A DNA stretch of 48,264 bases from an archaeon (GTDB taxonomy: Archaea > Asgardarchaeota > Thorarchaeia > Thorarchaeales > Thorarchaeaceae). This document shows positions 1-10,500 of this stretch, one piece after another. A model generated the notes under the pieces. It searched no databases and was not told where the DNA came from. It saw nothing but the letters and a program-made list of their open reading frames with translations. The stretch spans positions 1 to 48,264 of the forward strand of contig JAJRWI010000046.1 in the NCBI GenBank assembly GCA_024276825.1. Direction: 5' to 3'. How positions within the stretch are numbered: the first letter of the stretch is position 1; every line of letters starts with the position of its first letter. A program made the translations under genes and the position numbers.

Positions 1-3000
1 AATGCAACAGGAACTTACGCTGGTAATGTACATCTTACACTCGAAGTATTGACTGCTGGCGAAACCCTTCAGCAGAGTGACATGCTGATCACTGAGATTG
101 ATTATGTCAATAATCCAGGCGAGTACCAGATTACATTCAATACATCGCTTTTGAGTGGACTGGTGAGTGTGGATATAAGAATATGGATCAACTGGACTGC
201 TGGAGCTTTGCCATATTATGAGAATCAGACAATATTGATCACTGTTTCAACAATATACCGCCAGACCATTGTTGACTGGACCCCTCTACCAATAACACCC
301 TATGATGAGCTTGTGAACCTCAGTCTTACATTTGTTGATGTCATATCTGGGAAAACAATTCTCAATTCAGTTCATCTGAGCATATCAGTTGAAGAGGCAA
401 TACCATACACTATTTATTACGAGGGCAACTCCACAGGGATATTCAAGATTGAAATCGACACTTCCTCATGGTCCCCTGGCGATCAGACATTTCATATCAA
501 TGTCATATGGAACGGTGCGCCATTTTATCAAAACAAGACCTTGGTGGCCATCCCAATCACTGTCCGAAGCCGATTTACAGAGCTAACACATGGATCATAT
601 GGACAAATTCAATATGGGAACAATCTCACACTTAGTTTCACTTACACAGACCTTGATGACTTTTCAAGTGCCGGGATGAATGGTGGAACGCTCACATTAA
701 ATGCATCACTTGCAGGATATTATGAAGTAATTGATAATGGTGATGGAACATATACATTAGAACTGCGAACTGATGCATTTTCATCTATTGGCACATTTGC
801 AGTAAATGTTTCAATAGTTTATGGCGGTACCAGATATTGCGATGATGCGACAGATCTATTCTATCTCACTATAGTTCAAAGAAGGACTCAGCTAACTAGC
901 GATGTGCCCGAACTTGCTCCATATCTTAGTCAAGCTAACATCACTGTCAATTATATCGATGATAATGATAGTTCGGGAATTACCGGTGCTTCGATATTTG
1001 CTACTTGTCCCAATTCTGCAGAGCAATTACAATTAGGAGTCAACTACTGGATTGATGAACTTGGCAATGGCTTATACCGTATCAGAATCTCTACAATTGC
1101 TCTGGGGACTTTTGGATCCTACACTATAACAATTGTTGCAAACAAAACAGGTGCACCATACTATCTTGAAAGGACCCGTAATGTGGATATTGAGGTGTCA
1201 AGACGACCTGCAACCTTGACAGTTTCTAAATCGCCACTAAACACTCCATTCCTGAATAATCTCACCTTTGAGATCACACTTACTGATGCACTAGATAGTT
1301 CACCCATATCTGTCACAAAGAGCGTACTGATACTATCACATGGCGCTGGTGATCTTATAGCTGACAACCAATACTCACTGACCGGAGCAAATGGTGTTTA
1401 TACAATCAGCATTAACTCCACCATTATTACATCGGTTCTAGTTAATTCACATCCAATATCAATCAAATTTCACTGGGGTGATGTTGAACCCTATTATGCC
1501 AATACTACTGCCTCTACCGAGGTGTCAATAACAGCCCGCTTTACCTCAGTTTCAGTCATTTCAACTCCACCTGCTTACTATTACTTTAATCTCACTGCAA
1601 CTTTGGAATACACTGACTATCTTACTGGTATTCCAATTGTAGGAGCACTTGTATCGCTCTCTTGTGAGAATGACAGTGCATTCCAGAGCTGGATTTATGA
1701 CAATGGCGATGGCACATATGACATCGTTGTAAACACAACAACATTGCCCTCCCTGGGAAGATTTGTCTTTACTGCCAACTTTTCAAGGATTGGTAGCCCG
1801 TACTATGCCGAGGTTTACAATGTAATCTTTACGGTCAATGTAAATCCAGTTTCGACCTCGCTGAATTTTGTGATTGCTGAGGGAGTTACCTATTACCTTG
1901 GCGATATTATCCATGCGAACATAACCTTCACCAGCATTATTGGTGGCACTGGCATTGAAAATGCTGTGATTGCTACAAACTGGGGTGAGCTATATGGAAC
2001 CACATACAACATATCCGAAGTTGGCAATGGCATCTACAAACTGGATATTGATACAACTGGACTAAATGCAGATCTCTACACTTTCTCAGTAAACGCAACA
2101 AAATACCTTCACGTGAATAAGACTGTTCTGGCAGATATTGTTCTTGCAGCAATTCCTGTCGAGATTCAACTCATAATGACTCCTACTGACCCGGTTTGGG
2201 GCGATATTCTTACTTTTGATGCAAACATTACTGATGCCCGAACCGGAGATCCAATCCTCAATGGCGATGTTAACATAACTATCGAGTCCAATGTATATGG
2301 CATGACTCATATTGGGGGCGGCATCTATCGTGCAACAATCAACTCAAAAGACTTCATTTCAGGAGAACACACTGTAACTGTGAGTTTTGTGTTGATTAAT
2401 CATGAAACTCGTGATAAAGACTTCCAGATTCGGGTCAACAAGATTCAATCGCAAGTTTCAGTAACCATTAATCCAACCTCTGTGGTAAATGGTGAATCAG
2501 TCGCTCTATCAATTGACTATACTATTCTCTCAAACGGAACTCCAATAAAAGATGGTATAGTCACATATAGCTGGGTTGGAGGTTCTGGACAGATTAACTG
2601 GAGCGAATCAGATGGCAAGTATACGGGCAGTATTACCGTATCAGGTGTCCTTGTAGGAATTCATCAGCTTTTGATACAAGCTTCATCTGATAATTTCAAG
2701 ACAACTTCACAAATTGTTACAATTGAAGTCATTGAAGCTTCCACGGCCATGACTGCTCTTGACTCTATTACAATCATCAATGTTATTTCAGGCGATACTT
2801 TCAACATCACCATTTATCTGAATAACACCGATTTGAATCAGCCAGTTCCCAATGCTGACGTGACTTGGACTATGAATGATATAGTTGGAAACATGACTGA
2901 GACCAGTCCTGGCTATTATTCAGTTGTAATATCCACTGAGAACTTGGAGATTAGAAACCACATCCTAACAGTCACAAGTTCAGCAAATGGATATACTCCT

Positions 3001-4581
3001 TCATCACTACAATTTACAATTGAGATTGAAAAAATCCCGACCACTGTCATAATACTGGGTGATGCCCTCGTTTCAGCTTATTATGGTCAAAACGCGACAT
3101 TCAGAGTTAGATATTTCGACACTCATAATAATCAAGGTATTGAGAATGCTTCGGCATCATTCTCAATTGAGGATTATTTCGGAGTTCTTGTGGATGAAGG
3201 CGGAGGAAACTATTCAATTGTGATAAACACGACTATTGTTTCACCGGGTGCAATCTCACACAATATCATGATCACCTTCCAAAAAGAGCGTTATGTCTAT
3301 GGATTCAATGTGCTTAAACTCAGAGTCTTGCCTATTCCCACCGAAGTCCAAGGAATCAAAGAGACAGATGTTCCAATCCTTGACGACTACTCGCAATTGT
3401 TTAGTTTTTATGACTCACTTCATAGCAAATACATAGCCGATGCTAATGCCACTGCAATTTGGGAGTTTGGAACGCACCAGCTAACATCTCTCGGTAATGG
3501 GTCTTACTCCTTTGGTCCCAATGAGACTGGGCTTGACACACTTCCTCTTGGAACTTATCGCATAAGAATTTCAATTACAAAGGAAAATTATGATCGTTCA
3601 GAGCTTGAGTTCTATCTGACTATACGCCAGATACATACTGAGATTAGATACATTCAACCGCCTGAACCAATATATGTGGGCGAAGTGTTCTATGTCTGGG
3701 TTACATACTGGGACTTGGATCATAATATAGGAATCCCTGGTGCCTTTAACACGACTTCTGATGCAAGGCTGGAACACTCACGTGAAGACGAGATTGATTT
3801 CAACAACGGGACCTATTTGTTCGCATTCATTCCTCTAGATGTAATGCGATATGAGATAAGAATTACCCTCAACAAAGCACCAAACTATAGTAATGCTTCA
3901 GTTGTCGTTGTTGTCTATACAGAATTCACCCCTGAACAGTTAGCAATGTTTCAATCATTTGAAATTGGTGGCATTGCACTAATCGCACTGGCAATCCTAG
4001 GAACCGCCTATGTCCGAGTCTGGAAGGTTCCAAAGACTGTTAGGATAATCAACGGACTACTCAAGAAGATTGAGAAAGGGAAAACACCTCGCCCTGTGGG
4101 AACCCCCGACAGAAGGGAAACCCTATTGATGATGATGAACGAGGAACTACTGCCCTTGAACATTATCAAGACTATTGATGATGTCGCAATTTCAACAATC
4201 GATGTTAGTGCTCTGGATACTGAAGAATTGTTGAAGGAGCTTGCTGAGGTTGTTGGGCTCACGGAAGCTGATGTTGACATTCTTAGACGCGATCTTGATC
4301 AAATGAGACCAAGTGAACGTGCAGGTTTCATAAAAGAAGTAATTAAGCAAGAACGCGCTCGTCGTGCCAAAGAGCTAGCAAAAGCGAAAGAGGAAGCTGA
4401 GGAGATGCCTCCGGAACTCGAAGAAAAGCTGACAGAAGAGGAACTGGAGGACCTACGTGAGAAGCTGAAGAAACTGCGCATGTCCGAGTCTGAGATTGAT
4501 ACTATCGTTGAGCAAGCCAGAAATCTGTCTAAGGCAGATATCAAAGCATTGCTTGATCAACTAGGAGGGACTGAAGAATGA
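1..4581 (+). CDS. Giant Ig-like-repeat single-pass membrane (surface) protein, 5'-truncated by the window
   Basis: Frame is open from base 1 (AAT GCA ACA...). It has about 100-aa beta-rich repeats (D-x-G-x-G-x-Y-x-I...T...G-x-Y/F...Y...R/P-T-x-L) and many N-x-S/T sequons. A TM helix (IGGIALIALAILGTAYV) is followed by a charged helical tail of about 190 aa. Colinear with the next ORF. Confidence 0.85.
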   Translation, partial: NATGTYAGNVHLTLEVLTAGETLQQSDMLITEIDYVNNPGEYQITFNTSLLSGLVSVDIRIWINWTAGALPYYENQTILITVSTIYRQTIVDWTPLPITPYDELVNLSLTFVDVISGKTILNSVHLSISVEEAIPYTIYYEGNSTGIFKIEIDTSSWSPGDQTFHINVIWNGAPFYQNKTLVAIPITVRSRFTELTHGSYGQIQYGNNLTLSFTYTDLDDFSSAGMNGGTLTLNASLAGYYEVIDNGDGTYTLELRTDAFSSIGTFAVNVSIVYGGTRYCDDATDLFYLTIVQRRTQLTSDVPELAPYLSQANITVNYIDDNDSSGITGASIFATCPNSAEQLQLGVNYWIDELGNGLYRIRISTIALGTFGSYTITIVANKTGAPYYLERTRNVDIEVSRRPATLTVSKSPLNTPFLNNLTFEITLTDALDSSPISVTKSVLILSHGAGDLIADNQYSLTGANGVYTISINSTIITSVLVNSHPISIKFHWGDVEPYYANTTASTEVSITARFTSVSVISTPPAYYYFNLTATLEYTDYLTGIPIVGALVSLSCENDSAFQSWIYDNGDGTYDIVVNTTTLPSLGRFVFTANFSRIGSPYYAEVYNVIFTVNVNPVSTSLNFVIAEGVTYYLGDIIHANITFTSIIGGTGIENAVIATNWGELYGTTYNISEVGNGIYKLDIDTTGLNADLYTFSVNATKYLHVNKTVLADIVLAAIPVEIQLIMTPTDPVWGDILTFDANITDARTGDPILNGDVNITIESNVYGMTHIGGGIYRATINSKDFISGEHTVTVSFVLINHETRDKDFQIRVNKIQSQVSVTINPTSVVNGESVALSIDYTILSNGTPIKDGIVTYSWVGGSGQINWSESDGKYTGSITVSGVLVGIHQLLIQASSDNFKTTSQIVTIEVIEASTAMTALDSITIINVISGDTFNITIYLNNTDLNQPVPNADVTWTMNDIVGNMTETSPGYYSVVISTENLEIRNHILTVTSSANGYTPSSLQFTIEIEKIPTTVIILGDALVSAYYGQNATFRVRYFDTHNNQGIENASASFSIEDYFGVLVDEGGGNYSIVINTTIVSPGAISHNIMITFQKERYVYGFNVLKLRVLPIPTEVQGIKETDVPILDDYSQLFSFYDSLHSKYIADANATAIWEFGTHQLTSLGNGSYSFGPNETGLDTLPLGTYRIRISITKENYDRSELEFYLTIRQIHTEIRYIQPPEPIYVGEVFYVWVTYWDLDHNIGIPGAFNTTSDARLEHSREDEIDFNNGTYLFAFIPLDVMRYEIRITLNKAPNYSNASVVVVVYTEFTPEQLAMFQSFEIGGIALIALAILGTAYVRVWKVPKTVRIINGLLKKIEKGKTPRPVGTPDRRETLLMMMNEELLPLNIIKTIDDVAISTIDVSALDTEELLKELAEVVGLTEADVDILRRDLDQMRPSERAGFIKEVIKQERARRAKELAKAKEEAEEMPPELEEKLTEEELEDLREKLKKLRMSESEIDTIVEQARNLSKADIKALLDQLGGTEE

Positions 4582-7500
4582 AGAGATTGAGAAAGACAAT
4601 TCCTCTGGCATTCCTTGCGTTTGTGTTAGTAATCCAACTGTTAATGTCTTCAATGGCGTTTCCTGGAATGGTGCCTTCCAGTCCCTCAAAGAATTCAGAA
4701 TCTTCAAATGAGTTGCGATATTATGAGGATGATGACGGTACCAGAATACCACTTGGTCCTGGCGAAGAGATACACAAGTTTGTGATCTCCACTCAAGGGA
4801 CGACTGAATGGTCTGGCACTTCTGATTATCTTCCAGCGGCCGAATATGGAAACAGGTCTGATCTCTTTACAAGCCAAAACATGTACTATTATAGCGATGG
4901 CACAATCATCAATAAATCAGTAGCAATTCCCACTGGTGCAGACTGGGAAGCATACTACGTTGACGCTGAAATCTCTGATTTGACTGAAAACCGGACTTGG
5001 ATGACAAATCCTGATTTTACTAACAATGCCAATGGCTGGACTCTCGGTAGTGTTGGAAACAATAGTGGGTATAGCAATACATTTGCTGAATGGCTACAAA
5101 ACACTACTGCCCCTGATTATAGCTGTCTTCACTTTGAGATTAGGTCATCTAGCACTAGTGCGCCCTACTTCTATGATGATGGCGATGCGAGTTATGCATT
5201 GCAAACAGTCACAGTTCCCCGCGGAGATGTTGTTTGGGCTGGCTTAAGGCTCGACTATTGGGCAGATACAACAGATGACACCCACTATGGAATGACGGGA
5301 TCATTCATGATATATGCCAATATAGAAGGAACCCGTGTATGGAATATGGTGTTTGGCGATATCGGTGCTGAAGAAACATGGTTTGACTCTGGATTAATGA
5401 CCATCCAAGACTCAATCTTTAATCTGCCTACTGATCAGAGTGTTTCACTTGAAGTGGGTTTGTTAAGCACTGCGACTGTTGGCTATGACCCTGAGATCGG
5501 TCCCCATGCGAGAGTGGACAATATAGTTCTTTATTTGAAGACCAGAGCCACTCCATCCAGTGTTAATCTGCAGATGAATGGGCTTGATGTCACCGATGGT
5601 ACAGGATATGGCACTGGAACTATCAATGAAACCCCATCGACCCCCTGGTCAGTCAACCCAGTCCTCCTCAACTTCACATGGGCCCCAACCCCAGCGACTC
5701 CTGATCCCAATAAAGACATAACCATAGAATTAGATGTTTCAACCAACATTTTTGCAAGACGAACCACTGCTCAAACAGTATATGAAATATCTCCTGCCTC
5801 ATATGGTGAACGGTTTACGATTCAAAATGGAACTTTAGCAAACTATTCAACTTACTTCTATGCTAACATTCCTGATGGCTATCCTAACCGGTACTTCTTC
5901 AATCTCACATTGCCGGCAACACGTGACGTGTTCTTTGTGGCGAAACCGCTTGCGCCCTCCACAAATCTCACATCTGGCTGGACTGGCGGTGATATTGGTA
6001 ATGGCTACCTGAATGTTTCTGCATATGACGTTGCTACCGAAGCAGGAAGATACGGATATTGGAGAATTCAAAGTCAATCTGCAAATATGATCACTGACAT
6101 CCTGATGTTAGACCCGGCAACATCAACGTGGAAGCGTTTTGTGGATATAAGGGCAGGCAATAGTACAAAGATCTCAGTCTATGTGGGTGCCGCTTACGCA
6201 AACTCAATTGTCAATGTCACCATCTATGACCCCTCTGGTGCTGCATGGGATTCTGTGAGTGCCACAGTCAATTCAACTGGTTATGCTACTACAGGTTCAT
6301 TCAATTTCGCTGGACTGAATGCGTCCGCTGGATCATGGATGATAGAGGCAGTCACAAATGACAGGGGAACAACTGGTATATGGCGAAACACTGGATTCTT
6401 CAAGAGGGCCTTCACAGTGACTCATGTTTCGGACATCACAATTGATTATCCAAATGATGCTGTTGGCACTTGGATGACAAATGTGACATATGGCGATTTA
6501 CTCCTCGTGGTTATCAACGCCACAGATTTGGACAGTTCGATAATGGTGCCTGGCGGAGCTCTTGAATATACTTGGGCTCTTGGATCAAGCACTTTTGATG
6601 ACAGTGGAAATGGCCAATACACCAAGGTCTTTGACACTGGCAATTTACCTGGCAAGGGTCAATATGTAATGAGCCTAAACTGGTATCATCCTAACTTTGA
6701 TAATTCAACAGCACAATTGGTGATAAATGTAAATTATGCCACAGAACTAACATCGCCTGATTACCCTGGAATTCAAGGGCCCGTCGGCGCAAGTCAGTCA
6801 TTCTTGGTCAATTTCACCAATGTTAATGGCACTGGAATACTGAATGCACTTGTAATCTGCAATTGGTCTCAGTCATACACTGTTATGGAACAGGGTGGCG
6901 GTATTTACAGGATCGACCTTAATACCACTGGAATGGTAATTAGCGAATATCCTGTCCAGATCACTGCATCTGCGCCATTTGTTGAAACCAATACAATGCT
7001 GATGTATGTAGAAATACGCGAGATATACAACACAGTATCATATTCTGCCAATCAATTATCAATCCCTGTTGGTGAAGCAGCATCATTTACAATCACTTGG
7101 ACTGATAGCGATACTGGAAACCCAATAACTGGTGGCGCATCCTATATCACCTGCAATTGGACCTCTTTCCATTCTTTCGGAGAACAAAATTACACAATTT
7201 CAGAAATTGCTCCTGGCGAATACAACGTCACCATTTACACTCAGTCTGATGACCCATTAACCGCTCCAAATGAATATTACACAGTTCAATTCAATGTATC
7301 ACGGAAGAACTATCAAAATCATACATTCTATATTGACATTCAGATTCGGAGTCATAATACGCTATTCATTCTTGATGAACCCGTAGAACAGACCCTGTAT
7401 GGAGATCCAATTGTTGTACTTGTTTATTATGAAGACACAGACTTGTCCGAGGGAATTGGAAACAGCACAGGATTTGTAAGTATAACAGTAACTAGTCCTG

Positions 7501-10500
7501 GTGTTCCATCATTAAGCTATTCAACCTCGGTGTCGAGTTTTGGCACGGGACACTATAACATTACAATTCCAAGTGGACAATGGGGAAGTATTGGATGGAA
7601 GAATCTTACCATATTCATAGAATGGACTGGATCTGTCAATAAATATTATAGCAAGACCATTAATACTTCAGTCAGGGTTCTGGGCACAGAAACAGACCTG
7701 TTCCTTGAACTAGCTCCTACGGCTACTATATATCTTAATGATTTCACTTTCTCTGTGGTCTATTATGATAGCATCAATGCGACAAGAATATCAAACTCGT
7801 CATTTAATGTATTCTATACGATAACGCCTCTCTCGGCAGGTCATCCAGTAACACAGTCTGACTTTGTCATGATTGAATCAATCTCAAATCCTGGTACCTA
7901 TGAGTTTAGTCTGAATTCATCAAAGTTTGGTGCAATAGGCTCATTTCAGTTTGAGATTGCCTTCATGTGGAGTGCTGGAGTCCAGCCATTTTATGAGAAT
8001 CAGACAATGACTATCACTCTCGTAGTGCTTGAGAGACCCACATATATCGATTATTCACCTGTGCAAGCAACACCCTATGGTGAGATTGCGGAGTTCATGT
8101 TCAGCTATATCGATTCTCTCACCACATCCATTATAGCAAACTCAACGCAGCTCAGTATTGGTATTAATGAGGACGGAATCATTTATACAATACTCTATAA
8201 TGCCTCAACAAAAGCATTCACGCTGCTCATCAATACAAGCTCACTTGGTGGCATTGGTACATTCACGCTGCATTTGAATGTGACTTGGATTGGAGAACCA
8301 TTCTATTCCGCTGTTTCAAGTCAGTCCTTTAATGTAAAAGTCACCTTAAGATCAACCCAGTTATCTCACAAATCCTTTGCATCACCCCAGTGGGGAAACA
8401 ATGTGACCATTGAGTTTGTTTATACTGATTTGGTATCGGGGTCTACAATTGGCATGACTGGAACTCTCACTCTGGATGCTTTCTTGTCAGGATGGTATAC
8501 GGTCACCTATCTGGGTGATGGTAACTATCTTGTTGAGATCGACACTCATGGCTTTGCCTCAGATGGCCAGTACTCGCTAAACGCGACGATTGTATACACC
8601 GGTTCCAATTATGCTGCAGATGCTACAAATCTGTTTGACATAATTGTTCAGAAGCGAAGCACACAGTTTGGATATGACACTCCTGATACTACACCATTTG
8701 CTGAAAATGTCACTTTCATAGTAAATTATGTCGATGACACAACAGGACAAGGCATTGAAGGAGCATCTATTACAGTTTCATGCTCAACATCAAATGAAGC
8801 ATTAATCCTCAATGTTAATTATTGGTTTACAGACCTTGCATCGGGGCAATATGAGATCAAGGTGAATAGCACTGCACTTGGCACAGTGAACCTGTTTGTC
8901 CTCAATGTGACCGCTAGTAAGTCAGGTGCCCCCTACTATCAGCCTGCATCGATATATGTGAGTGCAAGAGTGTCCCAGCGGACTACTCAGATTCTAATAA
9001 CGCAGACACCTGGCGATGTTCCATTCTTGGAGAATGTCACTTTCAAGTTCAAATTTGAAGACTATCTCACAGGGTCATTGATTCCAATTAACAAGAGCCA
9101 CATCACTTTGACTCATGGTAATGGTATGGACATTATTACATCACAAAACTATGCATTATACAATTATGGCACTTATTATGAGATTAGTTTCTCATCAACA
9201 ATTATCAACCCGCTAGCACTAGAAGTGGGTCATGAGATTCAAATCCTCATCAATAAGAGCTTGGGTGTGCCGTTCTATGCGCCTCGAAATAGTTCAACCA
9301 GTGTGACAACAGTCGAACGTCCAACTCAGATCCTCTTTCCATCTATTGACCCAACTCCGTTTGGCGACAATATAACAATCAACCTCGAGTACATCGATTA
9401 TCTCACCAGTGCAGGAGTTGATGGTGCTACTCTGACCGTTGAGATTGCAAATTCAACCTCTCCAACCTATTATGTCTTCGACCTCTCTAATGGCGAATAT
9501 CAAGTTTTGATACCTAGCCAACAGTTCAGCGGCACAGGCGTTATTCTGCTAAATATAACATTATCAAGAACAGGTGCACCATTTTATTCAACACGACAGA
9601 CAACAGATGTTCCTGCGACAATCCGTGAGATTCAGACCTCTCTTCTCTCAGAGGCCCCTGCAGCTGGAACAGTACCGGTTGGAGACCCTCTCACTGTAAA
9701 TCTGACTCTCACTGACTTTGATCACTCACTACCAATTGAGGGGGCCATTGTGACAACAAATTGGTTTGAATTATACGGCACAAACATCGAAGTTCAAGAA
9801 CTCAATGGAGGTCAATATCAACTCATAATCAATACTACTGGATTAATAGCTCAGAGTTATGAATTCAGCATTCAGGCCTCGAAAGTGAATTACCAAACAT
9901 CTAACATATCGATCACAATTCAACCAGGCTCTCCAACTGTTGAGATTGTCCTTGAAAAAACGACATACTATGCAGATTGGGGTCAGATATTGACCATTCG
10001 CTTTGCAGTTCAAGAGTCTCTTAAGAACACAACTCTGGCTGGAATGAACGCAACCTTGTTGTGGAACGGGACACTATATTCCTTCACTGATAACGGTGAT
10101 GGCACATACATGTTAGATTTGGACACATCCGATATGGATGTAGGCACATTCGAGCCTCAGATTACCGTTTCTCGTGAACTATATCAGACGAGATACAAAT
10201 CATTCATTCTTATCGTTTCAAAGAGCTCAGCACAAATAGTTCCCGAATCTACACAGTATAATGTCGTACTTGAAACATCACTCACTTTTACTGTCTATTT
10301 GAATGACACAGCAAGAAACCTTCCAGTTCTTGATGCAACAGTGAGTTTTGAATGGAATAACACTCCATATTCAATGACAAACAATGGAACTCCCGGATTC
10401 TATACAGGGCTCATAGATGTTTCAGGCTTTGCAATAGGGGACTATCCTATTGAAATTAATGCATTCGCAACTAATTTTCAGCTTTTCAAGATTACCATAG

